From contig OMZO01000013.1 in NCBI GenBank assembly GCA_900315525.1, positions 2,646 through 66,645 on the forward strand: DNA of 64,000 nucleotides. The letters run 5' to 3'. The position numbers and the translations under genes were made by a program. Of the stretch, positions 63,218-64,000 are shown in pieces. Source of the stretch: an uncultured Prevotella sp. (GTDB taxonomy: Bacteria > Bacteroidota > Bacteroidia > Bacteroidales > Bacteroidaceae). Every line of letters begins with the position of its first letter. Positions within the stretch are counted from its first letter, which is position 1. The notes beneath the pieces are model-generated. The model was not told where the DNA came from and did no database searches. It saw only the letters and a list, made by a program, of their open reading frames with translations.

Positions 63218-64000
63218 AAGCGGAAGTCAAGCTCTACATCGACGAGGTTGTAGTTGTGCTTGGCCAGATTGCGGTCGTTCACGCGTGAATACTCTGCGTG
63301 AAGCTCGAGATTCTTTGTGAAGTAGTAGTTCAGACCGCACTCTATCTGATTTACAGAGCTGCCCCATTCCTTCTTGTTGCGGTAGGTCTGGTAACGAGCC
63401 TTGGCGTGGAGCTTTCCCTTGATGAGGGGCACGATGCCGAACACGTACCAACCGTCGGCCTTGTCACCGTTCTCGTAGTAAATCTCGCGTACGTTGTTGC
63501 CGGGTGACTTTGCACCCCAGCCCTGACTGTGGATATACTCAGCACGGAAGGTGTATTCGTCCTTGTCGTACTCTGCAGAGAGGGCATAACGGTTCTTCTC
63601 GACACTGCGGGTCATGGGCTGCTTGGTCACTGGGTCGATCAGCTTGGCATCGAGCATCTCGCCACGACTACCAGTCCATCCGAAGGCACCGATGCGAAGG
63701 CCCTTGATAGGCATTACCCACACACCGGCGATGATATCCTTGCGGTTATCCATATCCTTCTGGTTCACACCCTCACCATTATAGACTCCAATCTGATAAT
63801 GGAAGACGCGACGTCCATTGGCATTAGGGAAGAGATCGCCCGACAGTTGGATACCGATATCACGACCACCAGAAGATCTTTCACCGGTACGGTCGCCAAA
63901 GGCAGAGAGCTTGTTGATAGCATCTGCGTAGGCGCGCCAGCCCTGAGTGATGGGGTTGGTGGGGTTCTCGAAGGTGAAGGCACGCTTGAACTGACCGGCA
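63214..64000 (-). CDS. Outer-membrane porin-like beta-barrel protein; the N-terminus lies beyond the window end
   Basis: The ORF track starts at GTG 63768, but my translation stays open upstream to 64000 (...AGQFKRAFTFENPTNPITQGWRAYADAINKLSAFGDRTGERSSGGRDIGIQLSGDLFPNANGRRVFHYQIGVYNGEGVNQKD...). The C-terminus is NLVDVELDFRF. Confidence 0.7.
   Translation of the reverse strand, partial: AGQFKRAFTFENPTNPITQGWRAYADAINKLSAFGDRTGERSSGGRDIGIQLSGDLFPNANGRRVFHYQIGVYNGEGVNQKDMDNRKDIIAGVWVMPIKGLRIGAFGWTGSRGEMLDAKLIDPVTKQPMTRSVEKNRYALSAEYDKDEYTFRAEYIHSQGWGAKSPGNNVREIYYENGDKADGWYVFGIVPLIKGKLHAKARYQTYRNKKEWGSSVNQIECGLNYYFTKNLELHAEYSRVNDRNLAKHNYNLVDVELDFRF

Overview
This 64 kb window looks like a chromosomal segment of a Prevotella-like Bacteroidales genome. 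That is my inference from gene content, from TAnnTTTG -7 promoter boxes in front of most transcription units, and from the absence of Shine-Dalgarno-like spacing. About 58 protein genes, 3 tRNAs and many hairpin terminators are supported. Most of it is core metabolism and housekeeping: YgiQ radical SAM, PPi-phosphofructokinase, PrmA, IorAB plus an aminotransferase, Rho, EngB, an ABC-F ATPase, RecR, phosphoglucomutase, hexuronate catabolism (uxaA, kdgK, eda, uxuB, uxuA with a LacI regulator), flavodoxin, a GH3 beta-glucosidase, NadC, a C69 dipeptidase, S16, and a glycosyltransferase/flippase cluster. The only clearly foreign DNA is the left edge (1-1218), a low-GC tyrosine integrase abutting tRNA-Arg(UCU). 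I saw no CRISPR array, no recognisable defence or toxin-antitoxin system and no prophage structural genes. Six items are most worth a second look. (1) A 190 bp non-coding structure at 47328-47526 has two inverted arrays of 8-bp iterons around a very AT-rich core, next to an HU-like gene. (2) A 1099-aa fused sensor protein has complementary degenerate kinase modules and sits in an operon with a LuxR-type response regulator and a small membrane protein (38374-43001). (3) A secreted WYDPWYY-repeat/RGG-tail protein is paired with a FadL/PorV-like barrel (11830-14369). (4) A nested-hairpin intergenic repeat family is built on GGCACGGATnnACACGGC. (5) A promoter-plus-terminator pair defines a roughly 60 nt candidate sRNA (25458-25532). 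(6) cstA is frameshifted. All functional calls come from reading the translations by eye; no database search was possible.
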